A stretch of DNA of 64,000 bases from an uncultured Candidatus Saccharibacteria bacterium (GTDB lineage Bacteria; Patescibacteriota; Minisyncoccia; Phycocordibacterales; PALSA-1337): positions 557 through 64,556 of the forward strand of contig CAYOTK010000006.1 in NCBI GenBank assembly GCA_964406895.1, given 5' to 3'. Positions 10,443 through 19,099 of this stretch are shown piece after piece (position 1 is the first letter of the stretch; every line of letters begins with the position of its first letter). A program made the translations under genes and the position numbers. Under the pieces are notes generated by a model that worked only from the letters and a program-made list of their open reading frames with translations, ran no database searches and was not told the DNA's origin.

Positions 10443-11168
10443 CTATTTCACCTTCAGCGTAGACATTATTCCAAAGAAATATTCTTCTGCTCTACTAGGA
10501 ATAATCACGCCTGCAATTTCATAAGCTTTCTTATAATCAGCATTGATTGGTGAAAATTCTGGCACAAGAGGACTTGTAATAACAACTGTTTTATTAGAAG
10601 AGATAACTAAATAATAAATATTCAAGCCGCAACCTTCAACTCCAGGAGTTACATGATATCCACTATAAGGTCCGAACTTATATGGACTGTTGGAAACATA
10701 ATCCCATTCCGGCCAACCGCTAGTCTTCAAATATTCTCGAACGCTCTGATTGACAACTTTTATTGATACCTGGAAATCATTTAGAACATTAAGCATTGGA
10801 CCACCTCCTTTCATGTCACAAAAATCATAATGTTTATAAGGCACAGAATGAGAAACAGTAACTTCGCCGTTTTCTTCTTTCAGTGTCAGGATTGATGGAT
10901 AGTCAAAAGAAAAATTACTTCCAGAATATGACTGAATTTTTGAGACTGTAGATTGAACGCCCGCAGGAATGATCTGTGCATTATTGTCTTCCTGTATTTT
11001 GTTTACAATATTTTTTGGGATTTGAGTATTTACAAAAGAATCTTCAATGACTACGTCTGATTTCATCTCCACATTTGCTTTTCTGAAATAAAATAAACCG
11101 CCTGCCAGCAAAGCAACGATGATCACTAATAAAGATACTATTACATAATTTTTTTGTGTGTTGTTCAT
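10443..11168 (-). CDS. membrane-anchored/secreted hypothetical protein
   Basis: N-terminal hydrophobic anchor; 241 aa. Confidence 0.75.
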   Translation of the reverse strand: MNNTQKNYVIVSLLVIIVALLAGGLFYFRKANVEMKSDVVIEDSFVNTQIPKNIVNKIQEDNNAQIIPAGVQSTVSKIQSYSGSNFSFDYPSILTLKEENGEVTVSHSVPYKHYDFCDMKGGGPMLNVLNDFQVSIKVVNQSVREYLKTSGWPEWDYVSNSPYKFGPYSGYHVTPGVEGCGLNIYYLVISSNKTVVITSPLVPEFSPINADYKKAYEIAGVIIPSRAEEYFFGIMSTLKVK

Positions 11169-11484
11169 GAGGTGATTATATTATAAAGGGATGAGTAAGT
11201 AAAAATGAGAAATTAGAAAATTGCAATAATAAACGGGAATCTCGCCTTACAGGCGCTCGGAGCTATTTTTTATTGTGGACTTGGTGAGCCAAAGTTGGAA
11301 CAAACTACATCCTTGGGTTTTTGAGGCGTCTGAAATGATTACAGGGGGCAGGAGGTTTCGGAAAAAGACTTACATCTGCTTAACAGTTAGTTATCCATTA
11401 ATCACATGATGAGATTAAAACTTACATAAATGAGAAAGACCTTCCTGAGAAAGCCATTTGAAGGTCAGTCTCATGAAGGTCTGG

Positions 11485-11736
11485 TCAGTGACATGTGTTA
11501 ATGTAACTCGCGATTTCCATGGCATACTTGCTGTCCAGGCTATCGCCAACTTCACCAACACACACGTCGTTTACTCTCCGAGCCACAAACCTTTGCTGAC
11601 TCGCATCCAACTGGGCATTTTCATTAACGCCTTCCCGGAGAAAGATAACGAACATTCGTCGGCGATTCTCAGAATGCGCACAAAGATCTGCCATATTCGC
11701 AAGAAACCTATCCGCTTTCATTTTTTCAGAAGGCAT
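11485..11736 (-). CDS. hypothetical protein (83 aa)
   Basis: ORF between the direct repeats, with AAGGTG upstream of the ATG. Confidence 0.45.
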   Translation of the reverse strand: MPSEKMKADRFLANMADLCAHSENRRRMFVIFLREGVNENAQLDASQQRFVARRVNDVCVGEVGDSLDSKYAMEIASYINTCH

Positions 11737-11823
11737 TTCACCTTGGTCCTGTTGTTTCTTTGGAGGCAGGAATACCTCAAAACTACTACTAAAATGTTAG
11801 CATGTATATACATAAAAGTCAAT

Positions 11824-11842
11824 AGTGGAGATGGCGGGAATC
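11824..11842 (-). repeat. 19-bp duplicate of the tmRNA 3' end (att-like)
   Basis: AGTGGAGATGGCGGGAATC, identical to 12361-12379. Confidence 0.9.
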
Positions 11843-11867
11843 TCGCCTTACAGGCGCTGTACAGGTC

Positions 11868-12131
11868 TCACATTTTCGTCTCAAAACCGTTTGCATACAT
11901 ATTTATCAAAAAATCCTTCTTTTCTCTACGCCACTTCTTTATTTGATTTTCCCTTTTGCGCGCCTCACTGAAAGTTAAATATTCCTCCAAAAATACAATA
12001 CTAAATCCACCAATCTTAGTAAAAGAAGCACCTCTTTTTGAGTTGTGATCATAAAGACGCTTTTGAGGGTCGTTAGAAACACCGACATACAATCGATTAT
12101 TCATATCACGTATCATATAAACAAATGGCAT
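11868..12131 (-). CDS. small GIY-YIG nuclease (UPF0213-like)
   Basis: FVYM...LYVG...RL..HN...GA.FT...A.KRE.QIKKW.R.KK pattern. Confidence 0.92.
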   Translation of the reverse strand: MPFVYMIRDMNNRLYVGVSNDPQKRLYDHNSKRGASFTKIGGFSIVFLEEYLTFSEARKRENQIKKWRREKKDFLINMYANGFETKM

Positions 12132-12362
12132 ATTATTAATATAAAAAATTATGGTTTTTAAATGTTAAAACGCGCAATCAAAGATCAAAAACATATGCAA
12201 AAATGTCCTTCGACTACGCTTCGATCATATTATAAGATAATACATAGAGTTCGTGCCTCAGCTTCGCTCAGGGCACTCGCCTCTATTGCAATTCTCAATG
12301 TTCGTGGCACATGGTGGTTTACCACGAGCGAGTCCTTCGCGATTAGCGAAGGACGAGTCGAG

Positions 12363-12733
12363 TGGAGATGGCGGGAATCGAACCCGCGTGCAATCGAGAT
12401 TTGTCGGTTACTTCTACGATGATATCAAACTTTATCCGCAAAGCGGTTTAACAAATGTGCCCAAGAAAGTTTGCAAAAAGCACAATTGCGATCTCTATGT
12501 TTCGGGTCTTGGAGTGAGAAGTTCCACTACCCTACATCCAAGTTATTACGCCAACACTACAGTTAGGATCCCTGCAGAGTGACGGCACTTAAACAAGTGC
12601 GAATGCGAAGTCCTTGGCTCCGAAATACGGAGATACAGAAGATTTAGCATTTATGGTTTCTGTCAGATTTACGAGTTAACAGTGCTCGCATCGCATGACC
12701 GGAAATGTTCAATTGTCTAGACCGATCATCCCC
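12363..12733 (-). ncRNA. ssrA: tmRNA; tag (A)AKSSVSPYFGAKDFAFALV*
   Basis: 5' GGGGATG pairs with 3' CATCTCC-A (G3-U70 alanine identity); T arm GCGGG-TTCGATT-CCCGC; internal tag ORF after ATAAAT; directly downstream of smpB. Confidence 0.93.
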
Positions 12734-12788
12734 AAACTTTATTCAATAACCAAAATTTGGTTATTGTTTATTGGTGTTTGATTATTAT

Positions 12789-13235
12789 TTACCTGTCAAT
12801 GAACTCTCTTCTAATTTCCCTATCCACTTCTCTCTTCTTTGTGGTTTCGCGCTTGTCGAATTTCTTTTTACCACGGACAACTGCAATACTTACCTTAACT
12901 AAAGGACCCTTATTATATATTGAAATTGGCACTATTGTCAAACCCTTACTACCCTCAGCATCAGCTAGACGTCGAATTTCATCTCTAGTCAGAAGTAGGC
13001 GGCGATTTCTTCTTGGTTCATAACCTTTCGGAGTATTGTTTTCCTGATACGGTGGCAAGAATATATTCACGGCGTAAGCTTCTCCCCCACGCACGATGAC
13101 ATAGGCGCCATCTAGAGAACCTTGGCCTTTCTTTATTGATTTAACTTCGAAACCATAGAGTTCGATTCCTGCTTCGTATTTGTCGATGATTTCATAGTTA
13201 AAATTTACCTTTTTATTATCTACGAAAGTTGTCAT
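12789..13235 (-). CDS. smpB: SsrA-binding protein SmpB
   Basis: NKKVNFNY, EAGIEL.GFEVKS and GKKKFDKRE motifs. Confidence 0.97.
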   Translation of the reverse strand: MTTFVDNKKVNFNYEIIDKYEAGIELYGFEVKSIKKGQGSLDGAYVIVRGGEAYAVNIFLPPYQENNTPKGYEPRRNRRLLLTRDEIRRLADAEGSKGLTIVPISIYNKGPLVKVSIAVVRGKKKFDKRETTKKREVDREIRREFIDR

Positions 13236-13308
13236 GAATTAATGCTAACATTTTTTCGCCAAAAATAAGAGCACATTTCATATTCATGAAATATGGTAAA
13301 ATGTGAAG

Positions 13309-13833
13309 ATGAGTCAAAAAACAAAACCAAAAAATTACGCTTTCATAGATAGCCAAAATCTGAATCTGGGAATAAGGAAACTCGGCTGGAAATTAGACTA
13401 CAAGAAATTTAGAGTATACCTCAAAGAAAAATACAACGTTGAAAAAGCCTATATGTTTATAGGATTTGTTTCTTTAAATCAAGGACTGTATAGCCGACTG
13501 CAAGAATCTGGTTTTATTGTAAATTTTAAACCGACAATACCAGACGAAGAAGGAAAGATTAAAGGCAATGTCGATGCGGATTTGGTATTACAAGCAATGA
13601 TCGAATGGAATAATTATGACAAGGCAGTAATCATTTCAAGTGATGGTGATTTCTATTCATTAGCTCGACATTTAAATGAAAACGACAAACTCAGTGCTGT
13701 GATTAGCTCGGATATCGAAAATTGTTCGAGTTTACTCAAAAAAGTTGTAAGAGATAAAATCCAATTCATGTACGATCTTAAAAACAAACTTCAGTACATA
13801 AACGACAAACACCACTTAAGGACGAAACCTTAA
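13309..13833 (+). CDS. NYN domain (LabA/DUF88, PIN-like) protein
   Basis: AFIDSQNL, KGNVDADL and SSDGDF motifs. Confidence 0.9.
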   Translation: MSQKTKPKNYAFIDSQNLNLGIRKLGWKLDYKKFRVYLKEKYNVEKAYMFIGFVSLNQGLYSRLQESGFIVNFKPTIPDEEGKIKGNVDADLVLQAMIEWNNYDKAVIISSDGDFYSLARHLNENDKLSAVISSDIENCSSLLKKVVRDKIQFMYDLKNKLQYINDKHHLRTKP

Positions 13834-13889
13834 GCAGTGCTCATCTTTAGAGATACAAGACTATTTTATCAAACCACAATCATTTGTCA

Positions 13890-14984
13890 ATGCCAAATAT
13901 AAACAACAAAAATTCCTGGACACTATACTCATCGAACGAAGAAGCGTGGGCTTCTATTCTCGAAGATTGTTCGAAAGCACAGACAAGTATCGATTTGGAG
14001 CAATTCATTTTTGCCACAGATGATTTCGGACAAAAACTCATTGATGTATGTGCAGAAAGAGCGAGAAACGGCGTACAAGTCAGATTCTTGTGGGATGCGG
14101 CAGGCAGCTTCACATTCTGGGGCTCAAATATCGCAGAAGATCTGAAGTCAAAAGGCATTGAACTGCTTTTTTGGAGAACACTTATTCCTGAATATTTCCA
14201 AGTGCCAGATTTCCGTTCGTGGTATTTGCGCAACCACAGACGCACACTTGTTATCGATAATGAGATTGGCTATACAGGCAGTATTTGTGTCGATGATAGA
14301 CTCAAAAACTGGCGCGATACGAATGTTCGACTCGAAGGTCCGGTTGCAAACAAAATGCAAAAAGCCTTCAACAATATGTGGCTAAGAGCAAAAGAAAATA
14401 AAGTCAGATTCCCGAAACACAAACCAATACCGAAAACCAATGGTTTTTCTTATATCACCAATTTTCCTTTTCCCAGAAGAAGATTGCTCTACAAAACAAT
14501 CGTAGACGCTATCAGAAACGCAGATCGATACATTTATATTACAACTCCGTATTTTGTACCGACTCACAGACTATTCAAGGCGATCAAGAATGCCGCAGAG
14601 CGCGGAGTGCAAGTCATAATATTATTACCAGAGAAGACTGATCATTATTCCGTCGATCTCGGAGCTAGATCTTTCTTCAGTGCACTCATGGAATCCGGTG
14701 TCAAAATTTTCCTTTACACCGGGAATATAATTCACAGCAAATCCATAGTCATAGATGGCAAGTGGTCTACGGTCGGTTCTCTCAATCTAGACAGTGCCAG
14801 CCTGCTATACAATTTCGAGGCAAATATTGTTTCTACAGATCCTGAATTCGCCAAAGAACTAGAGTCTCATTTCATAACAGATATACAAAATTCTATCGAG
14901 GTTAGCATTACTGAATGGAAGAGTAGATTTTTCCTTGAGAAAATCCCAGAGATTCTCATAAAATTAGTAAGGAAATTCCTGTGA
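13890..14984 (+). CDS. cardiolipin synthase / phospholipase D family protein
   Basis: Two PLD repeats (RNHRRTLVID variant; IHSKSIVID...GSLNLD), WRDT, TPYFVP. Confidence 0.9.
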   Translation: MPNINNKNSWTLYSSNEEAWASILEDCSKAQTSIDLEQFIFATDDFGQKLIDVCAERARNGVQVRFLWDAAGSFTFWGSNIAEDLKSKGIELLFWRTLIPEYFQVPDFRSWYLRNHRRTLVIDNEIGYTGSICVDDRLKNWRDTNVRLEGPVANKMQKAFNNMWLRAKENKVRFPKHKPIPKTNGFSYITNFPFPRRRLLYKTIVDAIRNADRYIYITTPYFVPTHRLFKAIKNAAERGVQVIILLPEKTDHYSVDLGARSFFSALMESGVKIFLYTGNIIHSKSIVIDGKWSTVGSLNLDSASLLYNFEANIVSTDPEFAKELESHFITDIQNSIEVSITEWKSRFFLEKIPEILIKLVRKFL

Positions 14985-15053
14985 TATATAAGCATAAAGA
15001 GGTTGCATTTATCGACCCTTTATGCTATAAATATGTCCTATAACCATAAGACA

Positions 15054-15563
15054 TTGAGTAATAAAGTCAAAATCAATCATCAGATCAAAGCACCCGAACT
15101 TCGGGTCGTAACAGCCGAAGGCGAAAATCTTGGTGTTATAACGCTTTCTCAAGCTATATCAGAAGCAGAAAAACGTTCACTTGACCTTATTGAGATCTCC
15201 CCTACTGCCAATCCGCCAGTTGCGAAGATCATGGATTATGGAAAGTATTTGTACGATGAAAAGAAAAAGCAAAAGTCTACCAAGGCCAACACCCAAAGCT
15301 CTGAGCTAAAAAACATTCAAGTCAAGATCGGAACTAGTGATCATGACCTAGAATTAAAAGCCAAAAAAGCTTCAGAATGGCTATCACAGGGCAACAGAGT
15401 GAGAATTGACCTGTATTTGGTAGGACGATCCAAATTCATGGACATGAATTTCTTGAAAGAACGTCTAGAGAGAATACTCAAACTCATTACAGTTGAGCAC
15501 AAAATATCTCAAGACATACTCAAGGGACCGAAGGGATTGACTATAGTTATTCAGAAAAAGTAA
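15054..15563 (+). CDS. infC: translation initiation factor IF-3
   Basis: INHQIKAPELRVV and PPVAKIMDYGKY; upstream of rpmI-rplT; TTG start at 15054 is inferred (ATG 15033 is an alternative). Confidence 0.95.
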   Translation: MSNKVKINHQIKAPELRVVTAEGENLGVITLSQAISEAEKRSLDLIEISPTANPPVAKIMDYGKYLYDEKKKQKSTKANTQSSELKNIQVKIGTSDHDLELKAKKASEWLSQGNRVRIDLYLVGRSKFMDMNFLKERLERILKLITVEHKISQDILKGPKGLTIVIQKK

Positions 15564-15572
15564 ACAAATTTT

Positions 15573-15761
15573 ATGATAAAAACAAATAAATCATACACAA
15601 AGAGATTGAAGATCACCAGAAATGGTAAGATTATGTCTCGTCACGCAGGACAAGACCACTTCAATTCTCGTGAAAGAGGTCCACAAAAATCCCGCAAAGC
15701 AGGTTATATGTCTATTCATATGGACAACAAAAGCAAGAGTCGTTTCTTGGCTAATATATAA
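15573..15761 (+). CDS. rpmI: 50S ribosomal protein L35
   Basis: KTNKS..KRLKIT.NGK; lies between infC and rplT. Confidence 0.92.
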   Translation: MIKTNKSYTKRLKITRNGKIMSRHAGQDHFNSRERGPQKSRKAGYMSIHMDNKSKSRFLANI

Positions 15762-15780
15762 AGTCTAATAATTAACTAAC

Positions 15781-16125
15781 ATGGCAAGATCAAAAAAAGC
15801 AGTACACGCACTCAAAAATCGTCGCTCTACCCTACGCGCAGCAAAGGGTTTCCGTTTCCGCAGATCAAAAACAGAAAGAGCGGCAAATGAAGCTCTCATG
15901 CACGCAGGTGTATATGCCTTCGTGCACAGAAGAGACAAGAAAGGAGACTTCCGTCGTCTATGGAATGTTCGCCTGAATGCAGCTCTTAGACCACTCGGCC
16001 TCTCATACAGCAAATTCATTGGCGCCGCAAAGAAGAAAGGCATTGCTTTGGACCGCAAATCTCTATCTCATTTGGCAGAAACAAAGCCAGAAACATTCAG
16101 AAAGATAGTCGAGGCAGTCAAATAA
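15781..16125 (+). CDS. rplT: 50S ribosomal protein L20
   Basis: RR.KK.DFRRLW..R.NAA, YSKFI and LDRK.L motifs. Confidence 0.97.
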   Translation: MARSKKAVHALKNRRSTLRAAKGFRFRRSKTERAANEALMHAGVYAFVHRRDKKGDFRRLWNVRLNAALRPLGLSYSKFIGAAKKKGIALDRKSLSHLAETKPETFRKIVEAVK

Positions 16126-16147
16126 TATTTTAAGGAAGATATTTACG

Positions 16148-16171
16148 AAAAGTCCCTTATGGGGATTTTTT
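16148..16171 (+). terminator. intrinsic terminator after rplT
   Basis: AAAAGTCCC..GGGATTTTTT stem with T tract. Confidence 0.7.
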
Positions 16172-16220
16172 GTTTATGCAATGAATTAAGCATAATCAAG
16201 AATTAAAGGTGGGCCTCCAA

Positions 16221-16380
16221 GGGCGACCGGAGCCACATACATAATTCAAGATTGAAACTGTTTGAGCGACCATAAATTTCTTAGAAAAAGCCGAACCGTG
16301 ATGACCTCGTGAGGCTTTTTCTTAGAAATTTAGGGAGCGAGTTTTTCAATCTTGAATTATGTATGTGGCTCCGGTCGCCC
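16221..16380. repeat. 160-bp imperfect palindrome (perfect 37-bp outer arms)
   Basis: 16221-16257 is the exact reverse complement of 16344-16380; inner 20-bp arms have 1 mismatch. Confidence 0.92.
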
Positions 16381-16391
16381 CTTCGCAAACC

Positions 16392-17762
16392 TCAAATTTC
16401 ATACTCTTCTCCACTTTCTGGTACGATGGCTTTCGTCATAAGCTCATTATTAATTCTTTGGGCCAAAAACATTTCTGATTTGGGTTCTCCCATAACCACA
16501 AAGACATTTTTCAATCTTTCTGTTGCTGTGGTCACGAATTCTACGAGATGATCACTGTCTTTGTGCGCTGAATATCCATACAGAGTCTCGATTTTTGCTT
16601 TGACAGGAATACTTTGACCATGAATGTTAACCTTCTTTGTCCCATCAGCCAGCCTTCTTCCCAGAGAACCAGCAGTCTGATAACCAACTAGCAAAATAGT
16701 ATTTCTCTCATCAGGCAGATAGTGTGCCTCATGACCAACCACCCTACCACCAACAGACATACCTGAACCGGCCAAAATAATCTTTGCACCTTTGAGCTTG
16801 TCTATATCTTGTGAATCATTCTTGGAAAAAGTAAATTCAAGGTGCGGAAAGGAAAATATATCATCGCCTTTTGCAATTTGCTCTTGAACTTTATCATTGA
16901 AAAGATGAGAGTTCTTTCTATAAACTTCGGTGGCCTTTATAGCCATTGGCGAATCTACGAATACAGGAACTCTAGGTATGCGATTTTTCTCTACCATATT
17001 GTTTAGCTCATAGAGCAGAACTTGAGTACGATCTACAGAAAATGCAGGAATAACTAGCGTGCCTCCGCGGGAAATCGTGCTCTTTACAACCTCTTCAAGT
17101 TTTTGAACTCTCGCTTCTTTCGACTCATGATTCCTGTCACCATATGTACTTTCAATAACCAAATAATCCACATCTCCAATATTTTCTGTATCTCGAAGCA
17201 ATGGTGCTGGTGAATTCCCGAGGTCACCTGAGAACAATATTTTCTTCTCAAGATTTTGCTCCATAATAGAGAACTCAAGCATTGATGAACCAAGAATATG
17301 ACCAGCATCCTTGAGGACGAGAGTCAATTCTGGACTGATTTTGATCTGCTCATGATATTGAAAAACTTTCCATTGATCAAATATTCGTGGCACATCTTGT
17401 TCAGAATACAGGGGTTCAACACCTCTTTCTTTGGCCTCAAATGCAAGCAATTGTACTGCATCTTCCAATACAATTCGTGCCAACTCTTTTGTCTGTGGAG
17501 TAGAATATATCGGACCCGAATAACCTTCTTTCACAAGTTTCGGTATACGACCAACATGATCCAAATGCGAGTGACTAATAATAAGCGCACTTATGCTAGA
17601 AATATCAAAACCAAAATCCAAATAATTCTCTTCCGAAGCAGTCCTCTCCCCTTGCACCAAGCCACAATCAATAAGAATATTGGTACCCGCCCCTGTAGTC
17701 AATAAAAAATTTGAACCCGTAACCGTGCTTACTCCTGTTAGAAATTTGATCTTCGATGACAT
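16392..17762 (-). CDS. beta-CASP metallo-beta-lactamase fold ribonuclease
   Basis: SHSHLDHVG, AGHILGS, SGDLG, ESTYGDR and YSAHKD motifs. Confidence 0.92.
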   Translation of the reverse strand: MSSKIKFLTGVSTVTGSNFLLTTGAGTNILIDCGLVQGERTASEENYLDFGFDISSISALIISHSHLDHVGRIPKLVKEGYSGPIYSTPQTKELARIVLEDAVQLLAFEAKERGVEPLYSEQDVPRIFDQWKVFQYHEQIKISPELTLVLKDAGHILGSSMLEFSIMEQNLEKKILFSGDLGNSPAPLLRDTENIGDVDYLVIESTYGDRNHESKEARVQKLEEVVKSTISRGGTLVIPAFSVDRTQVLLYELNNMVEKNRIPRVPVFVDSPMAIKATEVYRKNSHLFNDKVQEQIAKGDDIFSFPHLEFTFSKNDSQDIDKLKGAKIILAGSGMSVGGRVVGHEAHYLPDERNTILLVGYQTAGSLGRRLADGTKKVNIHGQSIPVKAKIETLYGYSAHKDSDHLVEFVTTATERLKNVFVVMGEPKSEMFLAQRINNELMTKAIVPESGEEYEI

Positions 17763-17763
17763 T

Positions 17764-18147
17764 TTATTTTTTTATTTTAAGGAAAACAAAAGAACCGATA
17801 GCACCGCCAATAAAATCATTAACTAGATCTTTCAAGGTATCAATGATGTATGGATTAGACCAAAGTGGAAAACCGGAAACATCTTCTACTATTTCGAATA
17901 ATTCCCAAAGCAAACCAAAAAACATTGTTCCGAGAATGATGTTTCGGAAAAGAGTTTTATTGGACATGTTTTTCGTCCTTCTGCCCATGATAGCAATACA
18001 AAGCAACGCGATGCCAAATCCGCCTGCAATATGCATACCAACATCAAAATACTGTATGTAATACCATCCATTAAACATAGCGAATATATGAGCAACCAAT
18101 ATAAGTATAAGAACTACAAGTGCTAAAACATATCTTTTTATTATCAT
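17764..18147 (-). CDS. small membrane protein (DUF2238/VanZ-like)
   Basis: D..MH..GG, LWELFE and DT..DL..D..G motifs; TM helices. Confidence 0.7.
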   Translation of the reverse strand: MIIKRYVLALVVLILILVAHIFAMFNGWYYIQYFDVGMHIAGGFGIALLCIAIMGRRTKNMSNKTLFRNIILGTMFFGLLWELFEIVEDVSGFPLWSNPYIIDTLKDLVNDFIGGAIGSFVFLKIKK

Positions 18148-18209
18148 GACTTTATTATAACTTCTAATTATCCAAATAGAAAACGCCCAACTAGAAGGCG
18201 TTCTCTATT

Positions 18210-18325
18210 GGTTGCATGTATAACAAACCTGGTAATCCAGGTGGGTGATCTCACATCAAACACCAAGGTGCTGACGAATTTGATCTCCCGTAAAATAAAT
18301 TTTGTAGGATTTATACAATGCAACC
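18210..18325 (-). ncRNA. candidate compact 6S-like RNA
   Basis: Closing stem, central bubble and inner stem, with promoter-like TAAAAT upstream and a terminator at ~18179-18202. Confidence 0.5.
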
Positions 18326-18473
18326 TGTACTAATTTTAATACTCTCTCAATCAAAAACAAGTGCAGAAAAAGTTGCGACACTTTTTGGAATTTTGGGCAA
18401 CGTTGACAAGGGAAAAGGAGAGGTAATAATGAAACACCAATGATTCGACAAGCTCATCATAAATAACCAATAA

Positions 18474-19082
18474 CTATTCGAGTATTCCGTCGAGGTTTAC
18501 ATCATACAAGATTTTCTCGGCAATAATACCGTAATCAATAATTTCATTATTCTTGAACCAGTGCTTAATCTCATCCTCTGCTTCTTTCACAGAGCCAGAC
18601 GCGTGCACCAAATTCCTGACCGCTCTACCATCACCGTCACTCATACTATAAGAATCAATGACATAATCTCCTCGAATAGTACCGACGTCAGACATGAGTG
18701 GTTCAGTGCCACCTGTGATCTTCCTAACCAACTGAACAGCATGTGCACCTTGCCAAATCATGATAATAATAGGACCCGAAGTCATATATTTTTCATTATT
18801 TTTAAGTATAATCTCTGTGATTTTCAACGGATCATTATACGGGGGTTTAAGTCCTTTATCCTCGTAGCCCTTTATGGTTTTCAAGCCTGTTTTGACTCGC
18901 CATTCTGGGTCTAAAGTATAGTGCTTCATTATTTGACTCGCAGTTGGCACAAGCATTTTTAATGCAACAAGCTTTAATCCTACCCTTTCATACCTCTGAA
19001 TGATTTCTCCGATCAAACTTCTCTGAATACCATCTGGTTTTATAATAACTAGTGTACGTTCTGTCTTGGGATGCTTTTTCAT
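18474..19082 (-). CDS. ndk: nucleoside diphosphate kinase
   Basis: ERTLVIIKPDG, GTIRGDY and NLVHASGS motifs. Confidence 0.96.
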   Translation of the reverse strand: MKKHPKTERTLVIIKPDGIQRSLIGEIIQRYERVGLKLVALKMLVPTASQIMKHYTLDPEWRVKTGLKTIKGYEDKGLKPPYNDPLKITEIILKNNEKYMTSGPIIIMIWQGAHAVQLVRKITGGTEPLMSDVGTIRGDYVIDSYSMSDGDGRAVRNLVHASGSVKEAEDEIKHWFKNNEIIDYGIIAEKILYDVNLDGILE

Positions 19083-19099
19083 ATTATTAAAATTAATTT

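Larger units (their letters stand above)
11234..11858. repeat. 24-bp direct repeat CGGGAATCTCGCCTTACAGGCGCT (11234-11257 and 11835-11858)
   Basis: Identical by inspection; the second copy overlaps a duplicate of the tmRNA 3' end. Confidence 0.9.

Noticed and set aside
12162-12582. ORFs 12162-12422 and 12253-12582 (+)
   Set aside because: They lie antisense to the tmRNA and the palindromes and are not protein-like.
13815-13835. GGACGAAAC as part of a hammerhead ribozyme
   Set aside because: There is no CTGATGA core upstream; the bases form a simple hairpin loop.
16309-16551. 80-aa + strand ORF
   Set aside because: It spans a palindrome arm and is antisense to the beta-CASP gene.
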